Shown: positions 10,893 to 25,094 of the stretch, piece by piece
Layout of the letters: each line of letters opens with the position of its first letter
Position numbering within the stretch: position 1 is the first letter of the stretch
Assembly (NCBI GenBank): GCA_045837725.1
Contig: JBEWZL010000053.1
Location: 1 to 64,000, forward strand
DNA: 64,000 bases
Source: Vermamoeba vermiformis
Lineage: Eukaryota
Direction: 5' to 3'
Translations under genes and position numbers: made by a program
The notes under the pieces: generated by a model
Told to the model about the DNA's origin: nothing
What the model saw: the letters and a program-made list of their open reading frames with translations, nothing else
The model's database searches: none

Positions 10893-11955
10893 ATGGAACC
10901 AACAACATTATCACCCGAAGCATTGGCTAAAGTAAGTCGAATCTGTCACCTCTAACAAATAGAGTGTCAAGATTTGTTCAATTTTACGGCCATAATTTAA
11001 TATTGCCGCAGATCGAAGCCAACCGTCAAGAAGCGCTCGCTAAGAAGCAACAGGCCGAGGAACGGAAGAAAGCGCAGATCGAAGCCCAGATCGAAACCAA
11101 TCGTCAAGAAGCGCTCGCTAAGAAGCAACAGGCTGAGGAACGGAAGAAAGCGCATATAAGGGTAATTACACCATATTACTCAACTTGATAAGCGCCGTTG
11201 TCTAATTCCCGGAAAAGTCATTGATTGCTGAACTTCTCTTCCTGTTTAGTTGCAAGAAGGCGTCGTGCACCTTAAACAAGTAGTGAGACCACAAGAACAA
11301 ATTCAATTGTACGCTGATATCGCTGAAGGTGCCAAAACATACGCGGCAAAGCAAGCGAGGAACCGGAAGAGCAATTTCAAAAAGATCTTGACTTACAACT
11401 GGGAGCGAGACGCAGCCAAAGTTCCCGACAGCTTCGAATTCTTCAGCACACTGGCGTGTAAAGAAGCGAGTACCGTATGCAGCACGATCCCACCAGCGTT
11501 CAAGCCCAATTACGTCACTGCCTTTTGCTACCCCCAGAAAGACGGGCGATTAAGAGGTAGGCGCTTCATAAATTCTCACACCACTTACAAAATAACGCAG
11601 GCCACGTGGACAAGGTGCTTGGTTGGGTTGTCTTATTCTCGCTTGGGTGCACGTGTAAGTTTTGGATAAAAGGCCCACAGATGCAACGGAAACAAAGTAA
11701 GCCAAATTTACAACTGTCAATATTAACATTAATTATAATAATTTTCTAGCAATCGACTTTGAGTCGGGAGACGTGCTTGTATTCAATGGCGGTACCGAAT
11801 ACGGCATCCAGCATGGAATCGATACCATCGTGCCCCAATCATGTCCTGAACACTTGAATAAGGACTTGGCGCACTGTAGAGTTAGTCTTCAATTTCGTCA
11901 AACCTTGCGAAATGATATTGTCCGTAAATTCGGGTACCCGAAAAAGAAGCACTAG
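10893..11955 (+). CDS. AlkB-like 2OG-Fe(II) dioxygenase with duplicated N-terminal RPA-binding-like helix
   Basis: Spliced YP..DGRLRGHVD (HxD), VVLFSLGC, ESGDVLVFNG, HGI, RVSLQFRQ. N-terminal LSPEALAKIEANRQEALAKKQQ, repeated. Confidence 0.8.
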
Positions 11956-12183
11956 ATGCGTGGTCCACCACTCACTTGTAAATCGTTGTAAATTAGATTC
12001 ATAGTTTTGATGGTGCCAGAAATGTTATTCGCTCGCAATCGTGCGTACACAAAACGATCACGTGCCTCGAGTTAAAAAGTCTGAAAGTCGGTCCAAATCA
12101 TCAAGCAGAAATATCAGCGCTTTCATTGCATTTTACAACAAATAGATAGTAAGCAACAACTTATTGTCTAAAAATCGACGATA

Positions 12184-15100
12184 ATGTCTAAACGTAAGTT
12201 ACTTACCCACCTTTGAGCCTAAGCGGACCTCACGGATCGATCTTGAAAACTTTTTCGGCTTTGCAATTTCATTCTTGCTAATTTTAATGCCTTACTACAG
12301 CGTACGTGGTTAGATTTAGAGTTAATTATCAAACGAACCCGGGCCAAAATGTCCTCGTAGTTGGAAATGACAAATCTCTTGGCGGATGGCAGCATCAATC
12401 AGGCCTTCACTTGTCTTACAGCGCTGGAAATAATTGGGAAGCTGAAATTCAATTATCAGATGTACCAAATGGTGTATTGGAATACAAGTACGTGCTTGTT
12501 GATGAGGGAACAGGATGCGTCTTTTGGGAAGCCGGCAGCAATCGAGTCGTCAACTTGAAGGAAGAACCTACTGGCGTAGTTGATATGCGCGACACCTGGA
12601 AGGTAAATTTAATTTTGCAATTTTAATCACGAAAATTTTTCTCGTGGATCCACACCGCAATTTTACACCTACAAATGCAATTTAACAAAGTTTTCGATAG
12701 TGACTCGCTTTCTGATAATTTTTGAAATTTTTAGTCCACTCATTTGCCCGAACTAGCCTACTTGCACACGACTTTGTTCCGAGATGTCATTTTCGGCCGC
12801 GACGTCGAGACTAAGAAGCGCTTTGATGGTAAGACTATTCTGTTAATTACTGCGCACATTCTAATAGTACCTTAGCTGCTTCTGTCAAGAGCTCATTAGT
12901 TGTGCGCTTCAAGATCACTTCGGGAATCACTTCTCCAAAACACAAAATCGCTGTCGTTGGCAGCTCTGCAGCCCTTGGAAGGTATTATACATTTCCAGTG
13001 CTTTTACAGTATACTAATGTCAACTATTCAGCTGGGATGTGTACAAGGGTGTAACTTTGCAATACACTTATCCCGACTTTGAGGCGGATGTAATCGTTGA
13101 TGTGCGCGATTTGCCTTTGGAGTACGTAGCACAATGCATATTAGCAATTGCAAATCCGTCCTAACACATTTGAAATTAGATACAAATACGTCGTGGTCGA
13201 TGAACACAACAACGTCGTAGAATGGGAAAACGGCGGCAACAGAGTGATCGAATTGGACCCCAAAATTGTTCGCGTCTTCTTTGACGATCAGGGTAGAAAT
13301 TACACTGTTAAAACGACCGATATATTCAGAGTACGTGCCCAGTTTGAAAACATTAGCGCTGTTTTGTCTGACCCTTTGTTTACAGCGAGGCAATTACAAC
13401 TGGCGTGCCATGGGTGTCGCCATTCCTGTATTCTCACTACGTACCCGCCAGTCCATGGGTGTCGGTGAGTTCTTGGACTTGAAGCCCTTCGCTGACTTGT
13501 GTAACAAGGTACGTTAAACATGTGGTTCGCGAGGTATTATTTGACTGCTAACTTTCTGCTCTACAGTTCGGCTCTCGTCTTATTCAGATCTTGCCCATCA
13601 ATGACACGTCGTGCCGTCTTAACTGGCGCGATTCCTACCCTTACAGCGCTTTGTCAGTCTTCGCGTTGCACCCCATCTACTTGCGCATCAAGAACTTGAC
13701 CGATGACGCAACTATTCTCAAAGAAGCTGAAGCCGCTGCTCAAAAACTCAATGCATTGCACCAGATTGACTACGAGGCCGTGTACAACACCAAGATCAAC
13801 CTCGCCAAGCGCATCTACTTGGCTCAAAAGAAGAACTTTGCTGCTTCGCTGCCCGCCCAAGACTTCATCAAGGAGAACGACGAGTGGTTGACTCCTTACG
13901 CCGTATTCTCGCATTTGCGCGACGTTTACAAGACAAGCAACTGGGCCAAGTGGGACGCCAAGCACAAGAACTTGAGCACTGTTGAGATCAAGAAACTCGC
14001 TGAAGAGTTCCAGGACGAAGTTAGCTTCAACTACTTCTTACAGTACCATTTGCACGTGCAATTGAAGGAGGCCACTGCCTATGCCGAGAGCTTGAAGATC
14101 GGAATTAAGGGTGATTTGCCTATTGGTGTCAACCCTGCTAGCACTGACACTTGGACCAATCCCAACCTCTTCCGCATGCAAATGTCCACTGGTGCTCCTC
14201 CCGATCAATTCTGTAAGTAATATCGTGCACTAAAGTCGTCACCAATCGACTAATGCGCTGACAGCTGAGGACGGTCAAAACTGGGGCTTCCCTACTTACA
14301 ACTGGGCTGAGATGGCCAAAGACAACTACGCTTGGTGGCGTGCTCGTTTGCAATCGATGGCCAAGTACTTCCACGCCTACAGAATCGATCACATTCTCGG
14401 ATTCTTCCGCATTTGGGAGATCCCCCGCAGTTCTTTGAGCGGTCTCATGGGCTACTTCAATCCCAGCACTCCTGTGCACCGACACGAACTCGAGCGCAAT
14501 GGTTTGTGGGACATTCAGCGATTTACCGAGCCCTACGTTCGATGGGGTCTGTTGGAATACTACTTTGGCTCTGATGTTAGTAGAACAGCCACTACAGTGA
14601 CGGCACGATTAACACTACCCTACAGGCCAAATACGTCTCTGACACGTACTTCTATGTTTACGGCTGGGATCGCTTCCAGTTCAAAACCGAATACAACACT
14701 GAACGCAAGGTTTTGGACCACATCAAGTCACTCCCTGGTATGTTCTGGCGATTAAACAATTTAATTGCATCGTATTAATGCGGTCGCAGATGACTCCGAT
14801 GGTGCTCGCAAGTGGCGTCAAAAGCTTCAAAAGGGTCTCGTAGCCTTGCAACAAAATGTCATCTTCTTGCGCTACCCCGACAACCCTGACATGGAATTCA
14901 TTCCTCGTGTCAACTTGCACCGCACAATTTCATTCCAAGAACTCGACGGCGATACTCAACGCTCTCTTTGGAAGCTGTACGTCTCTTACTACTTTGAGCG
15001 CCAAGAGTCGCTGTGGTACAACATCGGCATGAACCGCTTGCCCGTCATCAAGAACGCCACCCGTATGTTGGTGTGCGGTGAAGATTTGGGCATGGTTCCC

Positions 15101-15659
15101 AAGTGTGTCGAGCCTGTCATGAATGACTTGTCTATTCTCGGATTGCGCGTTCAACGGTAAGTCGTTGCCCTTAACTTCCGGTCCTTCAAGTGCTAATGTC
15201 TCCTTCAGTATGCCAAGCGACCCTGAAGAGGAGTTCGGACACCCCGCGCACTACGGCTACATGACAGTCAACACGACGAGCTCGCACGACACATCGAGTT
15301 TGCGTGCCTGGTGGGAAGAAGATCGCGGCAAGTCACAACACTTCTGGAACACCGTGCTCGGTCAACAAGGTGCTGCCCCTTGGTTCTGCGAGGACTGGCT
15401 CGTTGAAATGATTCTCCGCCAACACTTGCACAGCCCGTCAATGTGGGCTATCTTCCCCTTGCAAGACTTGTTCGCTCTTCGTCACGACTTGCGCGTTCAA
15501 GACCCCAACAGCGAGCGTGTCAACGTCCCTGCCAATCCCAAGCACTACTGGCGCTATCGCATGCACGTCTCCATCGAGGACTTGCTTGCTAACGAACACT
15601 TCATTGGTCACGTGAAGAGTTTGGTGCGCGAGAGTGGTCGTGCTCACGAATACATTTAA
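12184..15659 (+). CDS. DPE2: 4-alpha-glucanotransferase / disproportionating enzyme 2 (two CBM20 + GH77)
   Basis: CBM20 (VRFRVNYQT.PGQ...LGGW, YKYV, WE.G.NR) twice. GH77 motifs DSYPYSALSVFALHPIY, KGDLPIGV, GAPPD, NWGFPTYNW, RIDHILGFFRIW, CGEDLG, SSHDTS, YWRYRMH. Confidence 0.95.
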
Positions 15660-15711
15660 TAGCGAAACTAAATAAAGATGCTCGCGAGCATTCAATAACA
15701 TTACGCCTTTA

Positions 15712-18700
15712 TTACGGCATTGAAACATTTACAAGCCGGATCTTGGTCGGTTTTTGGACCTCTTTGCCTACTTTCATCCATTTAATTAGCTTCTCCCATC
15801 GCAAAATGACTGCTCTTATGGCGAACAAATAAGCGTTGAATTTTATCATCTCTGGGTGCAGTGTGTGCAGCTTCTTGTTGTTGTAGTTGAATTCGCTCGT
15901 CTGCATGTGCCGCCGTTGAACACGGGACAGAATTTTTTGCATTTTTCTGGCTGCTCTACGGTGCCCGGGATGCAATTGATTTGTCTTCAAGAATTTCCTG
16001 AACAAATGAGCTTGGATCTGCGCTAGTTCGCCAATGTCCGAGAGATCTGATTTTAGAGGCTCAAACAACTCGTGCAAAATGTTGTCTGAAAACCCTCCTC
16101 GACAGATCTCGCGAGCAGCAACGAGAAAGAATGAAATGTACGCTGTGTGCTTCGTTACTTTTTTCAACATCTTCCTTCGTCTTCGGGCCAAAATTAGCTC
16201 TGACTTGGCCTCTTTGAGCAACCTGTTTGATATTTCGTAAGCACCAACTTAGATCTTTAATTAGCTATGGAGCCCTACCTTGCTTGAGGCTGCACAGCTG
16301 AAGTGACTTCTTTGATTTTCGTGCACATCTCGTTAAACAGATCACCCCGCAACTCATCAACACGCGTCAGTGCCTGCATGGCATCAGCACTCGCTTTAAC
16401 AGTGGTGAGGAAACTCGATTGCAATTTCTTGTACGAGAGCACTGGAAAGGGTAGTGCAGCGAGAATACCCACAATGACACCTGTGACTGTTAGAACGAAC
16501 CCCAACAGCACGCGTTGAACTTACCAGCCAGCACGTTACCCGCACGATAGACTGCAGGCCCCCAGTTGAAGAAGTCAGGATTGGGATAGGCAGGATAGGC
16601 CACGACAAGAAACGCAGGAACAGCGACAGACCTACGAGAGTTAGCGAAAAGAGTTGTCTAATATGCTTAAACTTACATCGAGTAGGACTTCTGATAGAGC
16701 GCACTGTACTTGAAGTAGATGGTGATTGGTGCGAAGATTGCAGTCACAGCTAAAATGATCGCGAGTGGGTCTGCATAGGTAGCGATGATAATCGTCACCT
16801 CGCCCACTGCCACACCAATAAATGTGCCGATAACTCGGTGAATGCCTCGCTTCAATGTCGCACCTAATGTCGGTGTTGTGACCATCACTAATGTCGTCAC
16901 TGACCACGCTTGCTTCGAGTTCGGCAGCACATCAGAAACTAATGAACCATTAGGACTTGTACAGGCCCATCATCTCGTGGTCGATTCTTACCATATATCG
17001 TTGCAATACCCACGGCTCCAGCAGCGATGGCAAGTCTGACAGGATAGCGATACATTTTGTTCTTCCAAATGGCTTTCCAGCTCTCAAAATATTCTTTGCG
17101 AGCCTTAATTGAACCTATGAATCGATTAATTCAGATTCTCGTGCTGTCAATTTCAATCATACCAATCGATTTGCACACGAGATAAATGTCCACAAACGGA
17201 TAAGCAATGACATGTGGCACCGCGTGGCCATAACGCCAAGACTTGTCTTTTTGAGTTGTTTCGTTGAACTTGTTCACGGCCTCTTCGACTTCTTGCAAAT
17301 GAGTCACGAGACCAATCAACTGCCACATGTACAAGTTCATCCGCGCTACCTTAGCCGTGGCAACCATCTTGAGTTCCTTTCTGTTCTCCTTGTCTTTGAT
17401 AATTTCCATGTACTGGCGTGAAATTAATTCGGAGATGTCGCCGATTTTGTGTTTAGTCGCGTGACCATCAGCAGGTTTCGGCAGGTAGGTGTCGATTAGA
17501 ATAGCATCAACTTCTTCAACATTCTGGCTCTTCTTTTGTCTCGGCGGCAAGTACGCGTGCAGCAGCGTGTCACGTGCGTCCTCAATGTGGGCATTGAACT
17601 ACAAGTAGTTAGAAATGACTCTCCAAACGATTGTTGCTTCACACTTACACGACTCGACAGCAAGTCAAAGAGCGGTGAAATCTTCGGAAATATGTCGTGC
17701 GTGGTGCTTCTAATGAATCCTTGACCGAGAGCCACTTGCATGGTGACTAAATGTCCGACCAACGTGTCTAATTTTTTGACCATTTCTTCTTCAGCCCGAT
17801 GTATGTCGCCGTGCACCCAGCGCTCTAATTTACTCTCTTCTAATATGGAATACAGCCATCGAATGTTTTTGATGAGTTTTCGCGACAGATCTACTAATTT
17901 TCGTTCGTCGTATTCTCGTTGAATATCAGCGTCTGAAATCATTTCTTTTTCTTTCGGTTTGATATGACCGTTAATACTGCTCTTCAATAGATCGTGTAAT
18001 TTCGGCACTGGGGTTTTTTCTTTCGGTTGTCTTGACAACTTGATCATCAGCGCAAACATTTTGTGACAGTTTTTCAACGTGTACGCGCATTCATCGGGCA
18101 ATTTAATCACCCATCGCGTCGGAAAAATTAACATTACGCACAAGCTGATGATGAATACTAGCGTGTCGCACACAAGGCATTGAACTGGTGTTGCGTAATA
18201 ATAATTGTATGCCTCGCCGTTAGAGACCTTCGGGTACAAAAATATATTGACCAAGTTCATTGCTGTAAATCTGAATGCTGTCACGTGCACTAATTTGGTG
18301 TCTGCGGCCATGTACAAGATGCCAATGATGAAGATCCAAAATAAAAATACACCCAAGCCAATCCACCGATTATCTTTTGTGACGGGATAAAATAACAGGC
18401 CAGGGATAATAGAAACCAATCCTAAACCAATCGGTCAGTATGAGCTGGATCCGATTCACAAATCCAAGTCCGCACCCACAACTAAATTAGGGAATCCAAA
18501 CAAAAACTTGATTATTATAATTACCTGAGGCTAAATAATATTTTGCAGATTGAATTGAGCCACCAAGACTGTGACTAGTTGATACCGAAATGCCGGTGAG
18601 CAAGATCAACAATATAGCCCATGATTTGTCGAGAACCACTTCTGTTCCAGGCACAAAAAAGAATAAAGATGCCATTAATATTGCCGCGGTGCCTCTAATT

Positions 18701-18964
18701 GACGTCTTCAAGCGGATGAGCGACACGGAGTACTTTCCGCAGGGCAGCTTGCTCTCTTGGCACAATCTGAAGGATAAAATAATTACTTTCCATTACAAAC
18801 TAAATTTTAATAACTACAGATCATTTTTTCGTTTTCTTGAATCAATTAATCGAGATCCAATCACTCAACTTCGGTTAAAAATAATCAACCGCTCGAAATT
18901 AATTAATTATTATTTATATACCCGTACGGGTTGCAAGCACTTACCTTTCCGCAAGCTTTGTCAT
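15712..18964 (-). CDS. FUSC/ALMT (aromatic acid exporter)-like multi-pass membrane protein
   Basis: Two hydrophobic blocks, with WSVTTLVMVTTPTLGATLKRGIHRVIGTFIG and TRAVGVRSN/GVIVG..A.LPFP segments typical of FUSC-like repeats. Confidence 0.7.
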
Positions 18965-19194
18965 TTTAAAATTCTTCTTGCATCTAATACTAAACCAAAC
19001 TATGTACAATATTTACAAGTGGATCCTGCACTCCGACCAAGTACGGTACTGGTACTGGTGCTTCACTGACAATAAATTTTGAAATAAATTAAAATTCTGC
19101 GTGATACGTTGTGACTTCTCTCGTTCATGAAACATTCAATTGACAATTAACTTGACAACCTCCCAATTAGGATAAAAAAATCCGCTCTACCTCT

Positions 19195-20306
19195 TTATTT
19201 GGCGGGATGCATAGCAGAGTACACGTGATCGATTAAGAATCCAACGCCTTCAAATACCTGAAAAAATGATCAGAACTCACTCCTCCGCACCTGTGAAAAA
19301 TTACCTGATTTGCTTGTGCATCTGGATGACCAAATCCAGTAGTACTGATCACGTGATGCAGGCGATCTTCATGGACCTCACCAACTTTCTTTCTGATAGT
19401 CTTTGCACCAATTTGTTCGATTGCCTTTTCAAGATTTTCACGTGCTCCAACCGCGACAGTAATATGCGGCAAGCACTTCGCAGCCAACAAGCAGGCGGAG
19501 TGACTTACTCCGATAGGTTTCTTAAGACGGTTGAACTCATGGATGACCCTGACAATGCTCAAAGTTAGGTACATCCGCGAGCTAAAAATACTACCGAAGG
19601 CTTACCTCTCCACATGAGCATTAACAGACATATTAGGACCATCGTGCGTGTATGTACACAAGTTACTCAAAACACCATCACTGGTCACTGAAGTTAGAAT
19701 ATGGGGAGGATCCAACAATACGAACCAACGAACTTACCCTCCAGGAATGAGCACCGCATCGTAATTGTGCGCGGACAAATCGGTGATATCTGCCATCGTG
19801 CCTCCTTCGGCCAATCGAGCTGATTCAATCAACACGTGACGCTGATGTTCGATAGGAGTGTTGTCAAAGTGGTTCCACACCCAATGCTAAGTAACAAAGT
19901 CAGACGAAGAAAAATAGAGCAAATTAATTTTCAATCGTACTTGACGAGTGTTAGGAGCGTAAAAATTGAAGACAGTCCCGTGACGACTCAAGTGAATGAT
20001 CATGCCTGCTGTTTCAAGTGGATCCGAGCCATCTTTAGCACCGCATCCAGCTGAATTAAGGAATGATTATTATTATCTTTCATACAGCAATATTTGGCGA
20101 AAATTTTTCACTAAAAATCAAAAAATATCCTAGAAGACTTATTTCTTACCTAAGATGATAGCAACCTTTCTTTTTCTACCCCGAAAAACTTCTTTAGTCC
20201 CCGTGTAATTTCGGAAAGCAGATCCTGCGGCCAAAGACGGAGCGACAGCAGATGTCGTACCAGCCCTGTTTAAAATAGTGCACAATGTTTTTGTAAGGGA
20301 ATTCAT
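19195..20306 (-). CDS. ES1/ElbB/GATD3-like DJ-1/PfpI-superfamily protein, probably mitochondrial
   Basis: LIESARLAEGG..DITDLSAHNYDAVLIPGG, SNLCTY..DG.NMSVNAHVERVIHEF.RLKKPIG, basic N-terminal presequence. Confidence 0.8.
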
Positions 20307-20573
20307 AGCTAATATGTTGTATTCGTATTGTATAGTGCTACTTTAACTTAGAAAAGCAAAATTGGCCTTTGAAAGATGGCGAGCAGTTTTCAGGCAAAAT
20401 TCGTGAATCATGCTAGCCTGCTTAGCGAAAATAAAAATCGGACGGGAATGTGCAAGAGAATTTTGCACTCGAAGTAAATATCATAAGGTTTATTGGCACA
20501 CGAATCAAATCTAATTTGACACGCGATCCAGATCCCTCATGTTAGCATAAACTTATTTACATATGTACACACC

Positions 20574-22963
20574 TTACAAATTCATTTCGTCATCCCAATT
20601 CGTCTTGCTAAGCAAGCGTTCCTCTTCCGTAGAGTGCTTTGAGCGTGCCTTGATCTTGGAATGGATAGCAATGGCGACTAAACTAAGTCAATATCTCGCC
20701 TTGAAAATATTAACAGCTACTTACTTGCGACAACTATAGCAGCAAACACAGATATTCCTGCTATGATAGCGCCAATAACCCATCGAGGGAATGCTTCTGT
20801 TGAAAGATTAAAAATGCTGTCAAAAGAAGTGGCTGGACTTACTTCTCGCGTAGACTTCAAAAATGACGCTGGAATTAGTTCCAGCGATGGAAGCTCGAAT
20901 AAAACTAGAGCCTGTTGTGCATGTATTAGTAATTAGTGATTACGATTCTGCAATTGTTTCGTACCTTCTCCAATGGCCGCGATGACATTTTGTGACAGGC
21001 CATTGACACCAGAGCTGCTGCGAGGGTTCATCAACTCAGCCGTACCATTAAGTACGTGCCATTCAATGATGTATCCAACTGCAGCCGTGGCGCGCTGATC
21101 GTCGTACTTGATTTGAACTACTAACGGATCGAACTCGTCATTCGTGGTCATATTTTGATTGTTGCCCGCTTTCAGCTCCATATTTACAGAATAGGCTATT
21201 TGGCGTTAATATCATACCGAATTGGGCAAATCAACGAACTTACTCGCACAATCTTTCACGGGAGCGAATCCCATTTGTTTGTTTTGACGATCAAAAATCA
21301 CATTGAAAGCTTGCATAAAAATATCACCCAAAATAATACCGCCTTAATGATACGTATTAATAAAAAAGAATTAGAATAATAAATAAAACGTACTGTAGCT
21401 TCCAACACTAATGCCCAAACATTTTTCAGCTTGTTTGTGCGAGGTGGTAAGGCTCAAGAAATAATGTTCAGGCTTTAAAGTCACTCTTCCCGCTCCTATT
21501 AGCAACAGGATTACAAATAGTCCTATCGATAGATCATTTAATCGAATTTTCGACGACTTACCAGGGAAGTCAAATTGAATGTCGGGATAATCCTTGATGA
21601 TATCTTCGCCCAACAAACAATAGCCATTGAATATAGTCTGTGATCCTCCGATGCCAGGCAAGTGCGGATAAACTTTTTTGAAAGTGTCACGCAGCTGATC
21701 AAAAACCACTTGTGGGACGAGCAACAAAGTTGTTCCACTATCTATACAATTCACATTAAATACGAACAATAGGTCTAATGTTTAAGCGATACTTACCAAC
21801 GATCGTATTGTTTTGAATCGCTGGATAATTAGCGAGTTTGAGCGAGAAATCTCCCACGTAAATGTCGTTCGTTTTAATCACGTAGTAAGTCTCTTGCGTT
21901 ATTGGCGTCCAAACAGGTGGTTGTGCGTGGAACTTAGTATCTGTCATATAATTAGACATCGTCTAACATTATGTTATGCTAACTTACCGTAGCCGCCTAA
22001 CACAAGCATTCCACCTTGATAACCGAGACACATGCTGAATACATTTGCAACTTCGTGCTCCTTGACTAGCTTGTCGAACATAGCGTCGCCGCCGTTACCG
22101 TGCAAATTCTTATAAGCCATGCCCATAATACCATCGACATTCGGTCGAACAAATCGTTGACTTTGTTGCAGAATAGATCCAAACTCAATTTCTATTGACT
22201 TCCCTCCAATTGTAACCTAGCTTTCGATTAATCCGTGTATATTACAGCTAGCTAGTTATTAACTTACAGTATCTTTAATTAAGACTCCCATGATTGTACT
22301 TCCGTCTCCGTATTTCACTCTTGAAATTGAAAGTCGGTTACAAAAAATTATGAAATTAGCAGAAATATGTGGACATACTTAAATATACATTCGTTTTTAA
22401 TAGCGCTGCATGTTGAACATTTTTGGCCGGCTCCGCAAAGTACTAATCTCGCGCTATCAGATTGAAGATAATCGTAAGACGGATCCACTGAGGCACATCT
22501 TTGTCCCTACGATTACCCGTGTTAATAATAACAATAAATAATAATATGGAGTATTTTATCGTCTTTCTTTCAACGACTTTTCGTTGAGATTGAGAAATTT
22601 GAGATCACGATACAAAATTTAATTTTTTATGATTTCATAAAATTATCCTACCGTTTCTAGGCCGGAAGAGTTTGTTAACATGCACCCTGCGCCTGGTATT
22701 GCAGTCGATGTGCTTCCTGTGTCAATTTGAACTGTAAACATCTGTCTTTGAGACCCAATCTCGATCGCCATAAAGTATTCTAACGTAGTGTTGACTGCTC
22801 CATACATATATACTAACGGACTGTCGTACGCGATTGCTCGTTTCGTTAAACTGTCCAACGTAGTCTGAGGAATGTTCATCCTCCGCATTAGCGGGAACGA
22901 GAGGATCTGCGCGTACGAACAGACCAATAAAGAACACAAAATAATTAAATATGTTGTGGTCAT
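20574..22963 (-). CDS. Pepsin-family (A1) aspartic protease with signal peptide, Ig-like domain and C-terminal TM
   Basis: DTGS and DSGT catalytic motifs, YGDGS, DGIMGMAY, ILGDIF, C-terminal WVIGAIIAG TM. Confidence 0.9.
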
Positions 22964-23128
22964 GGCCGAGGCTGTTCTTTCAAAAGAATTAAACGAAACG
23001 CGCACTAAAAACAAGATAAGGGCACGAGGTCCTGCCCAGCCGGCAGCAAGTTCCTGCCGAGTAGCCACTAACTTTCTTCAATATTTCGCTTTTCGTCATT
23101 TTGATTTTTTTTTGCTGCAGGATACAAC

Positions 23129-23945
23129 ATGAGCGGTAATGATGGTGTGGATCTTTCGAAGCACCCTAGTGGCATCGTTCCTATCCTTCAGAACATTGTC
23201 AGCACGGTGAATCTGGGCACCAAGCTCGATTTAAAACAGATTGCACTCAAAGCCAGAAATGCAGAATATAATCCAAAGCGTTTTGCAGCCGTTATTATGC
23301 GTATTCGTGATCCAAAGACTACAGCCTTGATTTTTGCATCAGGCAAGATGGTATGCACCGGAGCCAAGAGTGAAGATCTGTCGAGATTAGCAGCCAGAAA
23401 ATATGCTAGAATTATTCAAAAGCTCAATTACCCAGCCAAATTTTTGGACTTCAAAATTCAGAACATTGTAGCTTCGTGCGACGTTAAATTTGCAATTAGG
23501 CTTGAAGGATTAGCATCTGCCCACAACTCCTTTTCGAGTTACGAACCCGAATTATTTCCTGGTATGCATTATTATTTATCACTCCTACGTACTGCAAATT
23601 AACGGTCCTTCCTGCATCTGAAATTTTTTCCAGTAACTCAAAGCACCATTTATCGTTTTATTATTAATGTATTCCGTTTTGCTTTGAGTTAATTATTGCC
23701 ACCAATAATTATAACGGTCCTTTTGGCTGCGTGCTCGCTCGTCTTAGCGTTTATTTCTACCGTGATCAAGTGGTGTTAATTAGCTTTTGTTTGCAGGTCT
23801 TATCTACCGCATGGTCAAGCCTAAAGTCGTACTGCTGATCTTCGTGTCAGGCAAGATTGTATTAACTGGTGCTAAAGTGCGAACAGACATTTACGAAGCC
23901 TTTGAGAATATTTATCCTGTGTTGACCGAGTTCAAGAAGAGTTAG
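23129..23945 (+). CDS. TBP: TATA-box binding protein (2 exons)
   Basis: [58 protein letters not shown]...[34 protein letters not shown]. Confidence 0.98.
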
Positions 23946-24309
23946 GCACCGCAACGGCGATTCTTATCTCTACTACCATTTTTGTTCAAATCATTGTTGC
24001 ACTTGTAACCCTTTCGGCCTGTTCTTGTTGTTGAAAAGTAGATCGGATCGTGGTCCACTTTTTGCGATCAGAACAAGCTTTAATGTAAAATAAAACCGTC
24101 GAAAACAATATCTCGTACGAGAAGCCGTTGAAAGTAACGCACAGTAATTACCAACTATTTATAATTTATTTAGTATTGGCAAAAAAGCTGTACAAAAACT
24201 GCGTGTCACGATCCACGATAAAAAATTAAATTGCGTGGCTCGAGCATCATTCTTTCTTATTATACATTGTCGTGCGTTCTATATGAAATACATAGGCTCG
24301 GTTAATAGC

Positions 24310-25094
24310 TTAGTAGTAACCAGGGTAAGTGCCAGGATAAGGATTGGTTTGGTAGACAACAGTGTTTTGCGGGGGGGAATAGACCATTGGAGGAGGTTGA
24401 GTTTGATAGACTAAGAATTAAGCGGTTAATATTTGCGCGAAGGATCGATAGTTAGGACGAAATGCTGAATTTCCGATCAGTTAGGTAAAGCTTGAGAAAG
24501 CCCGAAAAAAGCGCTAAATCTTTCCTATGTCTTCGGTAATTGTTTCAAATATTTACCTGTAGTAGCCTGCATGGGAGGAGGGACAACTGTCATCATCGGT
24601 TGTGAAACCATCATTGGTGGAGGCATGGGAGCCGGATTGGTGTAAATTGTCTGTAAATTATTTGTTAATATTCACATTACTGCAATAATTGTTATGCACC
24701 CGTAGTTAGAAGTAAATTAGCAAAAGTAATAGGTAATTAAAATTAGAAATTTGATCAATTAATTAAATCCAGCCAGATCTCAATACTTACAGTAGTAGTC
24801 ATAGGAGGAGGTGGAGGAGGTTGTTGCATATAATATGTAGTGGTAGTTGTAGAGGTAGGAGGAGGGGGAGAAGGACGAGGAGCATTAATATAAGTTACGT
24901 GTGTTACACGGTGTCTGCATTCCTTGCAGCGAGCTGAGTTATAAGCTCCTTGAGAATAATATCGACCTAATTAATTAATACACGATAATTAGTCCGCCAT
25001 TCTGTTAACGAGATCGGAGACGTGGAGTAAGACCAGAGCTCGCTGATTCACGTCAATAGTATGACCACTTACCACACTCTACGCAATGAGGCAT
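24310..25094 (-). CDS. Small protein with N-terminal CxxC...CxxC zinc-ribbon-like motif and Pro/Thr/Met-rich tail (4 exons)
   Basis: Spliced MPHCVECG|RYYSQGAYNSARCKECRHRV...PPPPP...YPGTYPGYY*. Confidence 0.65.

Noticed and set aside
18590-19069. 159-aa plus-strand ORF and similar antisense ORFs (50181-50849, 42304-42759, 6829-7308)
   Set aside because: Shadows of real genes on the opposite strand, with no motifs of their own.
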